From sequence record MH359124: 64,000 bases of DNA, one strand, 5' to 3'. Each line of letters begins with the position of its first letter. Position 1 is the first letter of the stretch. The notes below the pieces were generated by a model. The model made no database searches. It saw only the letters and a program-made list of their open reading frames with translations, and was not told where the DNA came from. Origin of the DNA: Escherichia phage SF. Below are positions 32,044 through 44,454 of this stretch, piece after piece. A program made the translations under genes and the position numbers.

Positions 32044-35000
32044 TTATTCAACCCATATAAATTTAACTGTTTTGTTAACCGGGTCTGGAACAATTCTCAC
32101 ATTTCCTAATTGTAAGAAGTCTCGAATAGTAAGGTTTCCAATAACAGCATTATCAGATGGGATAGCACCGACATCGCTAGGTGAAGGTGGGTTGCCACTA
32201 TCAAATACCATTGCAAATGAAGTCCAAGCATCTTTATTTTTCTGCCAGGTACGAGTATATCGAATGCTACCACCATTTGCACCTGTAGGATAACAAATCC
32301 AATCCTGATAAAGCGAATCTAAGCTATTGCCGAATTGAGTCAAAGTACCAGGATATTTAATTTCTTGGTCACGGTTACCTTTGTTATCACGCGTCCAGTA
32401 TCCAGGGAATTGGCTATATACAGCAGAATCGTTAATGTCAATAGACCAAAAACCTACAGTAGAAGCTGTTGGTTTATCGGTATAAACAGTGGCAGTTTTA
32501 ACGCCGTTAGAAATAATTCTGCTATTTACAGTTAGCCCACCGGTAGTTATTGTTGCACCACATGTGATTTGAACACCGTTGTCAAGACGAACTAATCCTG
32601 TGGCATTGTTAATCGTGATCGGGCGTAAGTTATTAAACGTCCCGGTCTGGTCACCTGAGTTAGTTAATGCAATATAAGAACTGTTACCAGCATTATAAAG
32701 CATAACACCATAGTTACCGTTAATAGCTCTGAATGCAATAGGAGAACTAGAAACAATTTCGCCTGTAGCACTAATAGGCCCAGTAAAGGTAGAAACACCT
32801 GTAACATTTAACCCATTCGTAGAAACAATACCTGTTGAATAAAGTGTTCCATTAATATTAAATGATACTCTATTATCAGCAGCGCGCTGAGAATAGAAAT
32901 GGTATCCGGTTTCGTCACCCGCTTCAAATACTGTATCACGGGCACCATCTGTAGCGCTATTACCCCATGCTCTAACAACGAAATTCTCTTTATTACTAAG
33001 AGATTGGGTTCCTTTAGTGAAAATTATTTCGGAACCGCTAGAGTCATTAAGAGTTAATCTACGAGTAACAGATGCTTCGGAACCAAAAGAAGCAGTGCTT
33101 GTAGATACTAAAGGAGCACTCAGGTTGGTCTGTTTAGTAAGGCTTAAAGAACCATTAACCGTCTGGTCGATGTCTCTACGGATGAACTGAAGAGAATCTA
33201 GACCATCTAACAAATTACTATCAGCTGCTTTAGCTTTCAACGGTAAGTAGTTAGCAAGTACACGGTTTAATTCATATGGAGAAATAGCATAACTATTTTT
33301 CTCGTATAGCTCTAAGTTCTGTGTAGAACCGACTGTATCATTACCAACGAATGTAATTGAACCGGATGAAGTTTTAACAAAACCTCTTATCGCCGTAGTA
33401 GCAGCCCATGTTGGTTCACTCTGCACAATCCATTTTAAATTCTTAGGTGATACAGCAGTATTAGCAGAAGTTCCTGTTACAGTTTCAGCCTGCGTAGCGA
33501 CCTTAATCACGCCTTCAGACGTTTCAGTGGACTTAGTCCCTAAAAGCTTTTTAGGAGTAATAAGAACATCATCTAAAGTTCCTGCATTAGATTCTGCCTG
33601 GGTCGCTACGCGAAGTGTACCACGTTGTGTTTCATTTGCTTTAGAAATATCAAGAGTATAATGGTTCCACAAGGTTCCTTCTTCAATAAGTCCGGAATCA
33701 GAATTAACACTGGTACGGTCAGAAGAATCAAAATGAGTTTTAATTTTCAGTGGAGTCGAGATACGAGTATCATCAGTTCCAGTATCAAATTCAACTTGCG
33801 TAGCAATTTCGGCTATGCCAGATAATCCTTCCGTAGCTTTCCTATCATTTAACGTCTTAGGCGTTACTGCTCTAGTATAATCAGTTCCAGTGTTAGTTTC
33901 TGCTTGCGTAGCAATTTCAATTAAACCAATACGTCCATCAGTAGAAGTTTTCTTATGCAGAGTTTCAGGGGTAACTACAGCATTAGCCCAACCGGCTTGT
34001 GATTCGCCAGCGATAACTTCACTTTCAATAGCAAGAATTACTGCACCCTGCTGAGTAGGGGTAGCTTTATACTGGTCAAGAGCCTTTGGAGAAATAGTTA
34101 AATTATCTACGGCTTTGTTATAAACGTTAGTCCCAGCATTACCACGAATAGTAGCAGCTGTAGTACCAGTCGTAGATGTGTATTTTACAATACCAGATAA
34201 AACTTCAGAACCTTGACGGCCATCCAATTTCTTAGGAGTAATAATAGTGGTGTCATCTGTTCCGGCATTAGTTTCAGCCTGAGTTGCAACTTCAGCAACA
34301 CCTCTACGGGTTTCAGTTGCTGTACGTTCGTTCAATTTCTTAGGAGAAATAATCAAGTCGTCTTGGAATGCAAAATCGGTATTCTGGTTAACTTGTGCAG
34401 TTGTTGCAATACGAGCAATACCACGACGAGTTTCAGTTGCTGTACGATTTGCTAATGTTTCCGGAGTAATAGCCAGTTCTTTACCAGGAGCATTTTCTAA
34501 ATCGACATTTGCTTGCGCTTGAGAAGCAAGAGCAATAACACCTAAACGAGCTCGAGTGGTATTGCTCGATGCATCGACTCGTTCGACGGTTACGGTGTTT
34601 TGTTGAACTACCCAATATTTTGTTTCAGATGAATAATCTTCTATATAAGCTAACTCAAGTACAGGTACATACGAAGTATCACCATTAAATTCTAGCTCAC
34701 TAACAGAAACCCATTGTGCATCAGGTGGATACTCCGAACGTTTTGGGAACTGTAATAAAGAAATACTGCTAGCAATTGTATCGCCTTCAGCAGCTTTAAT
34801 TTTTACAGTTTGCCCTTTACGCATATAATTCAACGATATTTTAACAGTATCGCCAGACAAAATATCTGTAGGCAAAGTAAGATTTACCGTCGAGATTGTA
34901 TCATTATTAGTTCCAAAAACAAGAACTTCTTCATTAGGGCGTAAATCAGTATCATTACGAACTATACGTAAACGAGATTTCTGGTCACCTTCCCAAACAC

Positions 35001-35877
35001 GCCATAAACTATTGGCAGAATCATAAACAAAGAATGCTTCCGCAGTATTACGTCCTTCTGCTACATGAACACCAGCTTCTCGTATAGAAGTTGTATCATC
35101 GTAAGTTTTGACAATTGTGTGATATAATGGGTTTAATTTGTCTAAAACCACTAAATTAATAATATCGCCATTATTAGCATTACGAGGCAATGTAATATTA
35201 ATAGGAGCGGCTGATGTAAAACGTCGAATGATAAAATCATTAGGTTGCGCTTGATATGGCGTAGCAGGAGTTACTGTGACTGCATTACGTTCGTAATCAG
35301 AAACATACATTTGCCATAGGCGGTTGCTAAAAATGAAGACCATTTTAGATTTTGGGTGCGTCATTAAAACTGAACGAACCTGTTGTCCTCTAAAGTTTAC
35401 AATACTTTGAGCCGCTGCAGTAATTTGAACTTTTACATAGCCTACTCTACCGCCAATATCAGATAAAATAACTGTATCGCCATCTAAAGGATTTTGAGGC
35501 AAAGTGAAATTAATATCAGTGCCAGCTGAAGTATCAACCGCAATAGAGTTACCTACTGATAATTGGAAATCTCCGCCTTGAACTGTAATCCATTCTGCAT
35601 CTGTACGAGTTGCCTTCCATTTAGCCAAAGAGAAAGGGCCTGCCGGAGCTGGAATATCGCTTAAAGCTTGATAAAAACGATTATCATAAAGAACAATAAA
35701 ATCTTTTGTATACGCGCGCGTCTCGTCATAATTCTGTACGGTGTTTTCTTGCACCAAAAAGTCAACGTTCACGCCATCGGTGCCAACTGTGCGGTCAGCA
35801 AGCGCAACGTTAACTATCTTATCACCGCCTGCGTCAAGACCATCTTCGGCCCTGAACTTACGTTTGATGTCAACCAT
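32044..35877 (-). CDS. 34: long tail fiber proximal subunit gp34
   Basis: 1277 aa; long stretches colinear with recalled T4 gp34 (FRAEDGLDAGGDKI.NVALADRTVGTDGVNVD, repeated ATQxE/TPKKL motifs, C-terminal NVRIVPDPVNKTVKF). Confidence 0.92.
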   Translation of the reverse strand: MVDIKRKFRAEDGLDAGGDKIVNVALADRTVGTDGVNVDFLVQENTVQNYDETRAYTKDFIVLYDNRFYQALSDIPAPAGPFSLAKWKATRTDAEWITVQGGDFQLSVGNSIAVDTSAGTDINFTLPQNPLDGDTVILSDIGGRVGYVKVQITAAAQSIVNFRGQQVRSVLMTHPKSKMVFIFSNRLWQMYVSDYERNAVTVTPATPYQAQPNDFIIRRFTSAAPINITLPRNANNGDIINLVVLDKLNPLYHTIVKTYDDTTSIREAGVHVAEGRNTAEAFFVYDSANSLWRVWEGDQKSRLRIVRNDTDLRPNEEVLVFGTNNDTISTVNLTLPTDILSGDTVKISLNYMRKGQTVKIKAAEGDTIASSISLLQFPKRSEYPPDAQWVSVSELEFNGDTSYVPVLELAYIEDYSSETKYWVVQQNTVTVERVDASSNTTRARLGVIALASQAQANVDLENAPGKELAITPETLANRTATETRRGIARIATTAQVNQNTDFAFQDDLIISPKKLNERTATETRRGVAEVATQAETNAGTDDTTIITPKKLDGRQGSEVLSGIVKYTSTTGTTAATIRGNAGTNVYNKAVDNLTISPKALDQYKATPTQQGAVILAIESEVIAGESQAGWANAVVTPETLHKKTSTDGRIGLIEIATQAETNTGTDYTRAVTPKTLNDRKATEGLSGIAEIATQVEFDTGTDDTRISTPLKIKTHFDSSDRTSVNSDSGLIEEGTLWNHYTLDISKANETQRGTLRVATQAESNAGTLDDVLITPKKLLGTKSTETSEGVIKVATQAETVTGTSANTAVSPKNLKWIVQSEPTWAATTAIRGFVKTSSGSITFVGNDTVGSTQNLELYEKNSYAISPYELNRVLANYLPLKAKAADSNLLDGLDSLQFIRRDIDQTVNGSLSLTKQTNLSAPLVSTSTASFGSEASVTRRLTLNDSSGSEIIFTKGTQSLSNKENFVVRAWGNSATDGARDTVFEAGDETGYHFYSQRAADNRVSFNINGTLYSTGIVSTNGLNVTGVSTFTGPISATGEIVSSSPIAFRAINGNYGVMLYNAGNSSYIALTNSGDQTGTFNNLRPITINNATGLVRLDNGVQITCGATITTGGLTVNSRIISNGVKTATVYTDKPTASTVGFWSIDINDSAVYSQFPGYWTRDNKGNRDQEIKYPGTLTQFGNSLDSLYQDWICYPTGANGGSIRYTRTWQKNKDAWTSFAMVFDSGNPPSPSDVGAIPSDNAVIGNLTIRDFLQLGNVRIVPDPVNKTVKFIWVE

Positions 35878-35911
35878 GGTAGTCCTCTTATCATTATGTG
35901 TTCTATTTTAC

Positions 35912-35919
35912 TATTTATA
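35912..35919 (-). promoter_or_regulatory. late promoter (TATAAATA on minus strand) upstream of gene 34
   Basis: Plus-strand TATTTATA about 35 bp upstream of the gp34 ATG. Confidence 0.55.
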
Positions 35920-35997
35920 AATGAGTAAAAGACTATTTACGCTTTCGAACTAGTATGTTACTATGATCTAAGTTGACTAACTGAACAAGAGGTTCAT

Positions 35998-36915
35998 ATG
36001 GATTTAGAAATGATGTTGGATGAAGATTACAAAGAAGGTATTGCACTTGCTGATTTTAGTAACATTGCATTAGCAGCCGCATTAAACAACTTTGAAGACG
36101 GCGATAAAATTACTGTTCCGATGGTTCGACATGTAATCTTGAATTCAATTCGTAAAAACGTAGTTATGTTCCGTAAGCAAGGCTATACAAAATTTGTATT
36201 GTGTATGGATAATGCTACTTCAGGTTATTGGCGACGCGACTTTGCTTACTATTACAAGAAAAATCGTAAAACTGATCGTGAAGCTTCAAAGTGGGATTGG
36301 GAAGGATATTTTACTGCACTTCATCAAGTCGTTGATGAGATTAAGAAATACATGCCATACGTTGTAATGGATATCGACAAGTATGAAGCGGATGACCATA
36401 TCGGTGTATTAACTAAATATTTGTCATTAGCTGGACATAAGGTATGTATTGTTGCATCAGATGGTGACTTTACACAATTACACAAATATCCTAACGTTAA
36501 ACAGTGGTCGCCGCCACAGAAAAAATGGGTTAAAATTAAGAACGGTTCTGCTGAAATTGATTGCATGACTAAAATTCTTAAAGGTGACCGTAAAGACGGC
36601 GTTGCATCTGTTCGAGTTCGCGGCGACTTCTGGTTTACCAGAGTTGATGGTGAACGAACTCCGAGCATGAAAACAACGATTATTGAAGCGATTGCTAATG
36701 ACCGTTCTCAAGCCGAAGTATTATTAAGTGCAGAAGAATATAAACGGTATCAAGAAAATTTGGTTCTCATTGATTTTGATTATATCCCTGATAATATTGC
36801 TTCAACCATTATAGAGTATTATAACTCATATAAACAACAACCTAAAGGCAAGATTTATTCATACTTTGTAAAATCTGGTCTTTCTAAATTAACAAGTGTA
36901 ATTAACGAATTCTGA
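35998..36915 (+). CDS. rnh: RNase H (5'-3' exonuclease/flap endonuclease)
   Basis: 305 aa, same length as T4 RNase H; divergent from gene 34 as in T4. Confidence 0.88.
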   Translation: MDLEMMLDEDYKEGIALADFSNIALAAALNNFEDGDKITVPMVRHVILNSIRKNVVMFRKQGYTKFVLCMDNATSGYWRRDFAYYYKKNRKTDREASKWDWEGYFTALHQVVDEIKKYMPYVVMDIDKYEADDHIGVLTKYLSLAGHKVCIVASDGDFTQLHKYPNVKQWSPPQKKWVKIKNGSAEIDCMTKILKGDRKDGVASVRVRGDFWFTRVDGERTPSMKTTIIEAIANDRSQAEVLLSAEEYKRYQENLVLIDFDYIPDNIASTIIEYYNSYKQQPKGKIYSYFVKSGLSKLTSVINEF

Positions 36916-36922
36916 GGTAAAC

Positions 36923-37192
36923 ATGGCTAAGAAAGAAGCAGTTGAATTTAATCAAGATGTGCATGGTGAAGAACTGGCTAAACTAGTCAAGGAAGCTTCC
37001 GATAACAAACTTAAAATTTCTGGTTATAATGAACTGATTAAAGACATTCGTACTCGTGCTAAAGAAGAGCTTGGCGTCGATGGAAAAATGTTTAATCGTT
37101 TGTTAGCTCTTTATCATAAAGACGCTCGTGACCAATTTGAAGCTGAAAACGAAGAGGTAGTCGAGCTTTATGACACAGTTTTCACTAAGTGA
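36923..37192 (+). CDS. dsbA: dsDNA-binding late transcription enhancer DsbA
   Basis: 89 aa; position rnh-dsbA-33-59-32 as in T4. Confidence 0.8.
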   Translation: MAKKEAVEFNQDVHGEELAKLVKEASDNKLKISGYNELIKDIRTRAKEELGVDGKMFNRLLALYHKDARDQFEAENEEVVELYDTVFTK

Positions 37193-37508
37193 TATTAAAC
37201 CGGTTGATGAGGCCGGTTTATCTGAACAAGAATTAGCGGTAAAACACGATAAAGATGATATCGCTAAATTGCTTGACCGACAAGAAAACGGATTCATTAT
37301 CGAATCCATGGTTGAACAATTTGGTATGTCTTATTTAGAAGCAACAACTGCTTTCTTGGAAGAAAATTCTATTCCAGAAACACAATTTGCTAAATTTATT
37401 CCTACAGGAATTGTTGAAAAAATTACAAGCGAAGCAATTGACGAAAACATGCTTCGCCCATCAGTTGCTCGTGGTGAAAAAACTAATACGTTAGATTTCT
37501 TATTATGA
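37170..37508 (+). CDS. 33: late transcription co-activator gp33
   Basis: 112 aa; MTQFSL...LLDRQENGFIIE...NTLDFLL matches recalled T4 gp33. Confidence 0.85.
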   Translation: MTQFSLSDIKPVDEAGLSEQELAVKHDKDDIAKLLDRQENGFIIESMVEQFGMSYLEATTAFLEENSIPETQFAKFIPTGIVEKITSEAIDENMLRPSVARGEKTNTLDFLL

Positions 37509-38158
37509 TTAAAATACGCATGCCTCCTGATGGAGAACGTTATATTAACGGAAAATCGGTATACAAACTATACTTGATGTGCAAACAACATTTTAATGGT
37601 CGGTATGACGTAATCAAATATAACTGGTGCATGCGTGTTTCGGATAATGCGTATCAAAAACGCCGAGATAAATATTTCTTTGAAAAACTAGCAGAGAAAT
37701 ATAAATTGAAGGAACTCACCTTGATATTCATAAGCAACTTAGTTGCTAACCAAGACGCATGGATTGGTGAGATATCAGACGCTGATGCATTAGTTTTCTA
37801 TAGGGAATATATTGGACGTCTCAAACAAGCCAAGGAGACGTTTGCTGAAGATGTACGTAACATCTACTATTTCAGTAAGAAAGTTGAAGTTAGTGCGCTT
37901 CAAGAGATATTTGATTATAATAACAACGTTCAGTCGAGCTACATATTCAAATTGCTACAAAGCAATATAATTTCATTTGAGACTTTCTTATTGTTGGACT
38001 CGTTTTTGAATATTATAGATAAGCACGACGAACTCACCGATAACTTAGTCTGGCAAAATTATTCTACCAAATTAAAGGCATATCGAAAACTACTTCAAAT
38101 CGATGGAAATGCTGCTAAGAAATTGTTCATAGAAACAATCAAATCATGTAAGTATTAA
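37505..38158 (+). CDS. 59: helicase loader gp59
   Basis: 217 aa, T4 gp59 size, between 33 and 32. Confidence 0.85.
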   Translation: MIKIRMPPDGERYINGKSVYKLYLMCKQHFNGRYDVIKYNWCMRVSDNAYQKRRDKYFFEKLAEKYKLKELTLIFISNLVANQDAWIGEISDADALVFYREYIGRLKQAKETFAEDVRNIYYFSKKVEVSALQEIFDYNNNVQSSYIFKLLQSNIISFETFLLLDSFLNIIDKHDELTDNLVWQNYSTKLKAYRKLLQIDGNAAKKLFIETIKSCKY

Positions 38159-38187
38159 GCTTTATTTCTTGTGTGTTAAAATTACTT

Positions 38188-38195
38188 TATAAATA
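38188..38195 (+). promoter_or_regulatory. late promoter TATAAATA upstream of gene 32
   Basis: Exact TATAAATA about 80 bp upstream of the gp32 ATG. Confidence 0.5.
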
Positions 38196-38203
38196 AATCA
38201 TAC

Positions 38204-38275
38204 CAGCTACGAGGTATAAGTGTCGTAGCAACCAACTGTAAAATTTAATTAATAATCTAAATAAAGGCAAATAAA
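38204..38275 (+). promoter_or_regulatory. gene 32 translational operator: leader hairpin/pseudoknot plus unstructured A/U-rich tract
   Basis: Stem GCTACGA...TCGTAGC (38206-38229) followed by AAAATTTAATTAATAATCTAAATAAAGGCAAATAAA before the ATG, as in the autoregulated T4 gene 32 leader. Confidence 0.55.
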
Positions 38276-39175
38276 ATGTTTAAACGTAAAAGTACCGCAG
38301 ACCTCGCAGCTCAGATGGCTAAACTGAATGGTAACAAAGGTTTCTCTTCAGAAGATAAAGGTGAATGGAAGCTGAAACTCGATGCATCCGGTAATGGTCA
38401 AGCGGTAATTCGTTTCCTGCCGGCAAAAACAGATGACGCACTTCCGTTTGCAATTCTTGTTAACCACGGGTTCAAGAAAAACGGCAAATGGTATATTGAA
38501 ACCTGTTCATCTACACACGGCGATTATGACTCTTGTCCGGTATGTCAGTACATTAGTAAAAATGATCTGTACAATACAAACAAAACAGAATATTCTCAAC
38601 TGAAACGTAAAACTTCTTATTGGGCTAATATCCTGGTTGTTAAAGACCCACAAGCTCCAGATAATGAAGGTAAAGTATTCAAATACCGTTTTGGTAAAAA
38701 GATTTGGGACAAAATCAATGCAATGATTGCAGTCGATACTGAAATGGGTGAAACTCCTGTTGATGTAACTTGCCCATGGGAAGGTGCTAACTTTGTGCTG
38801 AAAGTTAAACAGGTTTCTGGTTTTAGTAACTACGACGAATCTAAATTCCTGAATCAATCTGCGATTCCAAACATTGATGATGAATCTTTCCAGAAAGAAT
38901 TGTTCGAGCAAATGGTTGACCTTTCTGAAATGACTTCTAAAGATAAGTTCAAATCGTTTGAAGAATTGAATACTAAATTTAATCAAGTTCTTGGTACTGC
39001 CGCTCTTGGTGGTGCTGCAGCCGCAGCAGCTTCTGTTGCAGATAAAGTTGCTTCTGACCTTGACGATTTTGATAAAGACATGGAAGCCTTTAGTTCTGCA
39101 AAAACTGAAGATGACTTCATGAGTTCCTCGTCTTCTGACGATGGCGACCTCGATGACCTGTTAGCTGGTCTATAA
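38276..39175 (+). CDS. 32: single-stranded DNA-binding protein gp32
   Basis: 299 aa; [19 protein letters not shown]..., zinc-binding H/C cluster, acidic C-terminus. Confidence 0.95.
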   Translation: MFKRKSTADLAAQMAKLNGNKGFSSEDKGEWKLKLDASGNGQAVIRFLPAKTDDALPFAILVNHGFKKNGKWYIETCSSTHGDYDSCPVCQYISKNDLYNTNKTEYSQLKRKTSYWANILVVKDPQAPDNEGKVFKYRFGKKIWDKINAMIAVDTEMGETPVDVTCPWEGANFVLKVKQVSGFSNYDESKFLNQSAIPNIDDESFQKELFEQMVDLSEMTSKDKFKSFEELNTKFNQVLGTAALGGAAAAAASVADKVASDLDDFDKDMEAFSSAKTEDDFMSSSSSDDGDLDDLLAGL

Positions 39176-39181
39176 TAAATT

Positions 39182-39204
39182 GGGAGACTTCGGTCTCCCT
39201 TTTG
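39182..39204 (+). terminator. rho-independent terminator after gene 32
   Basis: gggagac-ttcg-gtctccc + TTTT; identical hairpin recurs at 54283. Confidence 0.6.
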
Positions 39205-39230
39205 AGTATCTGTAAATTGCCAAAAAAGTT

Positions 39231-39260
39231 GTTTACTTCTTCCCTAGATGTGATATTATA
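39231..39260 (+). promoter_or_regulatory. early promoter
   Basis: GTTTAC, 17 bp, TGATATTAT. Confidence 0.5.
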
Positions 39261-39288
39261 GTTCTATCAACAACATGAGGAAATCAAA

Positions 39289-39681
39289 ATGGAAATCGGA
39301 AAATCTTATATCATTAACCCTTTGTTTAAAGACGACTTTGTTCAAGAAGCGCCACACAATAACGCTAAGATGTTAAAATTGATTGAACTCCATGGGCCTA
39401 GTTTTGTTGTAAACGGAATGGAACCTGATTATGATAGCGATACGCCAAACGTAGTAAGTGTAACTATGGAAGACGGTACTGTATGTTCTGCCGCTGGTGA
39501 AATTGAAACTTATTTTGAGATTTATTATGATGAGTTCAAATACTTTACTGAGGTAGATTTAGTAAAGTCTCAACCTACTAACAAAGGTATAGCTTTAGGT
39601 GTAACAAAAATACATTGTATCGTAGATGAAACCAACGTCGACGAAATCATCAAACTTTTGCAAAAAACTTTTAAAAAGTAG
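39289..39681 (+). CDS. hypothetical protein (32-frd interval)
   Basis: 130 aa. Confidence 0.5.
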   Translation: MEIGKSYIINPLFKDDFVQEAPHNNAKMLKLIELHGPSFVVNGMEPDYDSDTPNVVSVTMEDGTVCSAAGEIETYFEIYYDEFKYFTEVDLVKSQPTNKGIALGVTKIHCIVDETNVDEIIKLLQKTFKK

Positions 39682-39718
39682 TTTATAACAAGATAGGGCT
39701 ATGTTATAGTAGCCCTAT
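39681..39718 (+). promoter_or_regulatory. early promoter with stem-loop (TAGGGCTA/TAGCCCTA)
   Basis: GTTTAT -35-like; 8-bp inverted repeat around the -10. Confidence 0.45.
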
Positions 39719-39744
39719 CAAATAAAAGTAAAGAGGAGAATAAA

Positions 39745-40927
<1,183 letters not shown>

Positions 40928-40942
40928 TTATATAGGTGTTAA

Positions 40943-41803
40943 ATGAAACAATATCAAGATTTGATTAAAGATATCTTAGAAAATGGCTATGAAACAGACG
41001 ACCGTACAGGTACCGGCACTATTGCTCTATTCGGAACTAAATTGCGATGGGACCTTACTAAAGGATTTCCTGCAGTAACAACCAAGAAGCTTGCATGGAA
41101 AGCTTGTATTGCCGAGCTATTATGGTTCATGTCTGGTTCTACCAATGTTAATGATTTGCGTATTCGTACTCATGGTAGTCTTATTCAAGGTAAAACTATT
41201 TGGGACGACAACTATGAAAATCAGGCAAAAGACCTTGGATATCATAGCGGCGAACTTGGTCCTATTTATGGTAAGCAATGGCGTGATTTTGGTGGTGTAG
41301 ACCAATTGGTCAAAACTATTGACCGTATTAAAGCTCTTCCTAATGATCGTCGTCAAATAGTTTCTGCATGGAACCCGGCCGAAATTGACCAAATGGCTCT
41401 TCCTCCTTGTCATATGTTCTATCAATTTAACGTGCGTAATGGGCATCTTGATTTACAATGGTATCAACGCAGTGTAGATGTTTTCTTGGGTCTGCCATTC
41501 AACATTGCCTCGTACGCTGCCTTGACACATATTGTAGCGAAGATGTGTAACCTTATCCCAGGTGATTTAGTGTTCTCAGGCGGCAACACGCATATCTACA
41601 GCAATCATGTAGAACAATGCAAAGAAGTTCTTCGTCGTGAACCTAAAGAGTTGTGTTCTCTTGAAATTAATTGGCCTAGTAATTTTGAGAATTGGCCTAC
41701 AAAAATCCAAATGGACTGGGTTACTGGAACGATGACACATTCTGATTTCGTTCTTAAAAATTACGAATCTCATCCAACTATCAAAGCTAAAATGGCGGTA
41801 TAA
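40943..41803 (+). CDS. td: thymidylate synthase, uninterrupted
   Basis: 286 aa continuous ORF; TDDRTGTGT, catalytic PPCH, FNIASYA motifs. Confidence 0.95.
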   Translation: MKQYQDLIKDILENGYETDDRTGTGTIALFGTKLRWDLTKGFPAVTTKKLAWKACIAELLWFMSGSTNVNDLRIRTHGSLIQGKTIWDDNYENQAKDLGYHSGELGPIYGKQWRDFGGVDQLVKTIDRIKALPNDRRQIVSAWNPAEIDQMALPPCHMFYQFNVRNGHLDLQWYQRSVDVFLGLPFNIASYAALTHIVAKMCNLIPGDLVFSGGNTHIYSNHVEQCKEVLRREPKELCSLEINWPSNFENWPTKIQMDWVTGTMTHSDFVLKNYESHPTIKAKMAV

Positions 41804-42058
41804 ATGATTTTACGTTTTATTAATTCATATGGCACCACAATTTTTGAAATGAAAAATCCTACCGAACTGGATATCCCTTCACCGAATAGTGAAATCACAG
41901 TTAAAGGTGAACGATTCATTTGCTATTCACACGAACGAATTTATGAATATCGTGAATTTTGTGGTGGTTATGGTATGGAAAAAGAACCATTGGTTTATTT
42001 CGATATCACGGTCTTGACACCTAAAGAATACGAAAAAATTATTGCTGATGATAATTAA
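41804..42058 (+). CDS. hypothetical protein
   Basis: 84 aa immediately after td. Confidence 0.45.
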   Translation: MILRFINSYGTTIFEMKNPTELDIPSPNSEITVKGERFICYSHERIYEYREFCGGYGMEKEPLVYFDITVLTPKEYEKIIADDN

Positions 42059-42145
42059 CGCTTCAGTTTAAAAGTGTATAATAAATTAACGGGATAAATA
42101 CTATCCCGTTTGGAGTAATGTCTATCAACCTATACTGAGGAATAT

Positions 42146-44401
42146 ATGCAAGTAACTAAGAGCAGTGGGGTATCCCAAAATTTTGATGCACAGAAAATTA
42201 TTCAAGTTTTAACTTGGCAATGTGAAGGAACACAAATTGACCCATATGAATTGTATGAAGAAATTAAGACACATCTTGTCGATGGGATGAGCACCAAAGA
42301 TATTCAGAAGATTTGTATTAAAGTTGCAGCTAACTTGATTTCTGTCGAAGAACCTGATTATCAGTATGTCGCTGCCAAAGGGCTAATGTTTGCACTTCGT
42401 AAAGATGTATATGGGCAGTTTGAACCGCCTGCTTTTATAGACCATATTTCTTATTGTGTTAATGAAGGCAAATACGACCCTGAGCTGTTGTCTCAATATT
42501 CGGCAGAAGAAATCATTTATCTCGATTCACAGATTAAACATGAACGAGACTTTGACCTGACTTATGCTGGTGCTATGCAGCTTAAAGAAAAATATCTAGT
42601 TAAAGATAAAACAACTGGGAAGATTTATGAAACTCCACAGTTTGCTATCATGGCTATTGGCATGGCCTTACACCAAGACGAAACTCATGACCGTTTGAAA
42701 CATATTATTCGTTTTTATGATGCCGTTTCTACTCATCAAGTTTCATTGCCAACCCCAATTATGGCAGGTGCTCGTACTCCAACTCGCCAGTTCTCTAGTT
42801 GTGTAGTTATTGAAGCCGGTGATTCGTTAAAATCTATTAACAAAACTTCAGCATCAATTATTGAATATATTTCTAAACGAGCTGGTATCGGTATCAACGT
42901 TGGTATGCTTCGTGCAGAAGGTTCTAAGATCGGTACGGGTGAAGTTCGACATACAGGTGTTATTCCATTCTGGAAACATTTCCAAACTGCAGTAAAATCT
43001 TGTTCTCAAGGCGGTATTCGTGGTGGTGCTGCTACAGCGTATTATCCGATGTGGCACTTAGAAGTAGAGAACCTATTAGTTCTGAAAAATAACAAAGGTG
43101 TGGATGAAAACCGTATTCGACATATGGACTACGGAATTCAGATTAATGACCTTATGATGGAACGCCTTGGTAAAAATGATTATATTACTTTATTTAGCCC
43201 TCACGAAATGTCAGGCGAACTATACTACTCGTTCTTTGAAGATCAAGATAAATTCCGTGAGCTTTATGAGAAAGCTGAAAAAGACCCAACAATCAGAAAG
43301 AAAAGAATCAAAGCACTAGAACTCTTTGAATTGTTCATGACTGAACGTTCTGGTACTGCTCGAATTTATCCACAGTTTGTTGATAACACGAATAACTACA
43401 CTCCATTTATTCGTGAAAAAGCTCCAATTCGTCAGAGTAACTTATGTTGTGAAATCGCTATTCCGACTAATGATGTGAATGGTCCTGATGCTGAAATTGG
43501 TTTATGCACGTTATCTGCTTTTGTATTAGATAAATTTGATTGGCAAGACCAAGATAAAATTAATGAACTTGCTGAAGTACAAGTACGTGCACTTGATAAC
43601 CTGTTAGACTATCAAGATTATCCGGTTCCAGAAGCTTTAAAAGCTAAAAAGCGTCGAAACCTCGGTGTTGGTGTGACGAACTATGCCGCATGGTTAGCTT
43701 CTAACTTTGCTTCATATGAAGACGCTAATGATTTGACTCATGAATTGTTTGAGAGATTGCAATATGGCCTTATCAAAGCTTCAATCAAACTCGCCAAAGA
43801 AAAAGGATGTTGCGAGTATTATTCAGACACTAAATGGTCTAGAGGCGAATTACCTATCGACTGGTACAATAAAAAGATTGACCAAATCGCAGCCCCGAAC
43901 TACGTCTGTGACTGGGAAGAACTTCGAGCTGAACTCAAAGAACACGGAATTCGTAACAGTACACTCAGTGCTCTCATGCCATGCGAATCAAGCAGCCAGG
44001 TCTCAAATAGCACAAATGGTATTGAACCACCTCGTGGTCCAGTAAGTATTAAAGAATCTAAAGAAGGTAATTTCCGTCAAGTAGTTCCTAATATTGAACA
44101 CAACATGGGTCTTTATGACTATGCGTGGAAACTTGCTAAGAAAGGTAATAAACCTTATTTGACCCAAGTTGCTATCATGTTGAAATGGGTGTGCCAATCT
44201 GCTTCTGCTAATACTTACTATGACCCTGCAGTATTTGAGAAAGGTAAAGTGCCAATGTCAGTAATGCTTGACGATCTGCTTTACTTCTGGTACTTTGGCG
44301 GAAAAAATCTCTACTATCATAACACTCGCGACGGGTCAGGTACAGATGACTATGAATTAGAAACACCTAAAGCTGAAGATTGTTCTGCTTGTAAGCTTTA
44401 A
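42146..44401 (+). CDS. nrdA: aerobic ribonucleotide reductase large subunit NrdA
   Basis: 751 aa; class I RNR motifs (SNLCCEI active-site region, C-terminal CxxC tail). Confidence 0.95.
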   Translation: MQVTKSSGVSQNFDAQKIIQVLTWQCEGTQIDPYELYEEIKTHLVDGMSTKDIQKICIKVAANLISVEEPDYQYVAAKGLMFALRKDVYGQFEPPAFIDHISYCVNEGKYDPELLSQYSAEEIIYLDSQIKHERDFDLTYAGAMQLKEKYLVKDKTTGKIYETPQFAIMAIGMALHQDETHDRLKHIIRFYDAVSTHQVSLPTPIMAGARTPTRQFSSCVVIEAGDSLKSINKTSASIIEYISKRAGIGINVGMLRAEGSKIGTGEVRHTGVIPFWKHFQTAVKSCSQGGIRGGAATAYYPMWHLEVENLLVLKNNKGVDENRIRHMDYGIQINDLMMERLGKNDYITLFSPHEMSGELYYSFFEDQDKFRELYEKAEKDPTIRKKRIKALELFELFMTERSGTARIYPQFVDNTNNYTPFIREKAPIRQSNLCCEIAIPTNDVNGPDAEIGLCTLSAFVLDKFDWQDQDKINELAEVQVRALDNLLDYQDYPVPEALKAKKRRNLGVGVTNYAAWLASNFASYEDANDLTHELFERLQYGLIKASIKLAKEKGCCEYYSDTKWSRGELPIDWYNKKIDQIAAPNYVCDWEELRAELKEHGIRNSTLSALMPCESSSQVSNSTNGIEPPRGPVSIKESKEGNFRQVVPNIEHNMGLYDYAWKLAKKGNKPYLTQVAIMLKWVCQSASANTYYDPAVFEKGKVPMSVMLDDLLYFWYFGGKNLYYHNTRDGSGTDDYELETPKAEDCSACKL

Positions 44402-44454
44402 GACTTTTTATTATAATTTACTCATGGATGAGTTAAACTAAGTGAGAAAATATA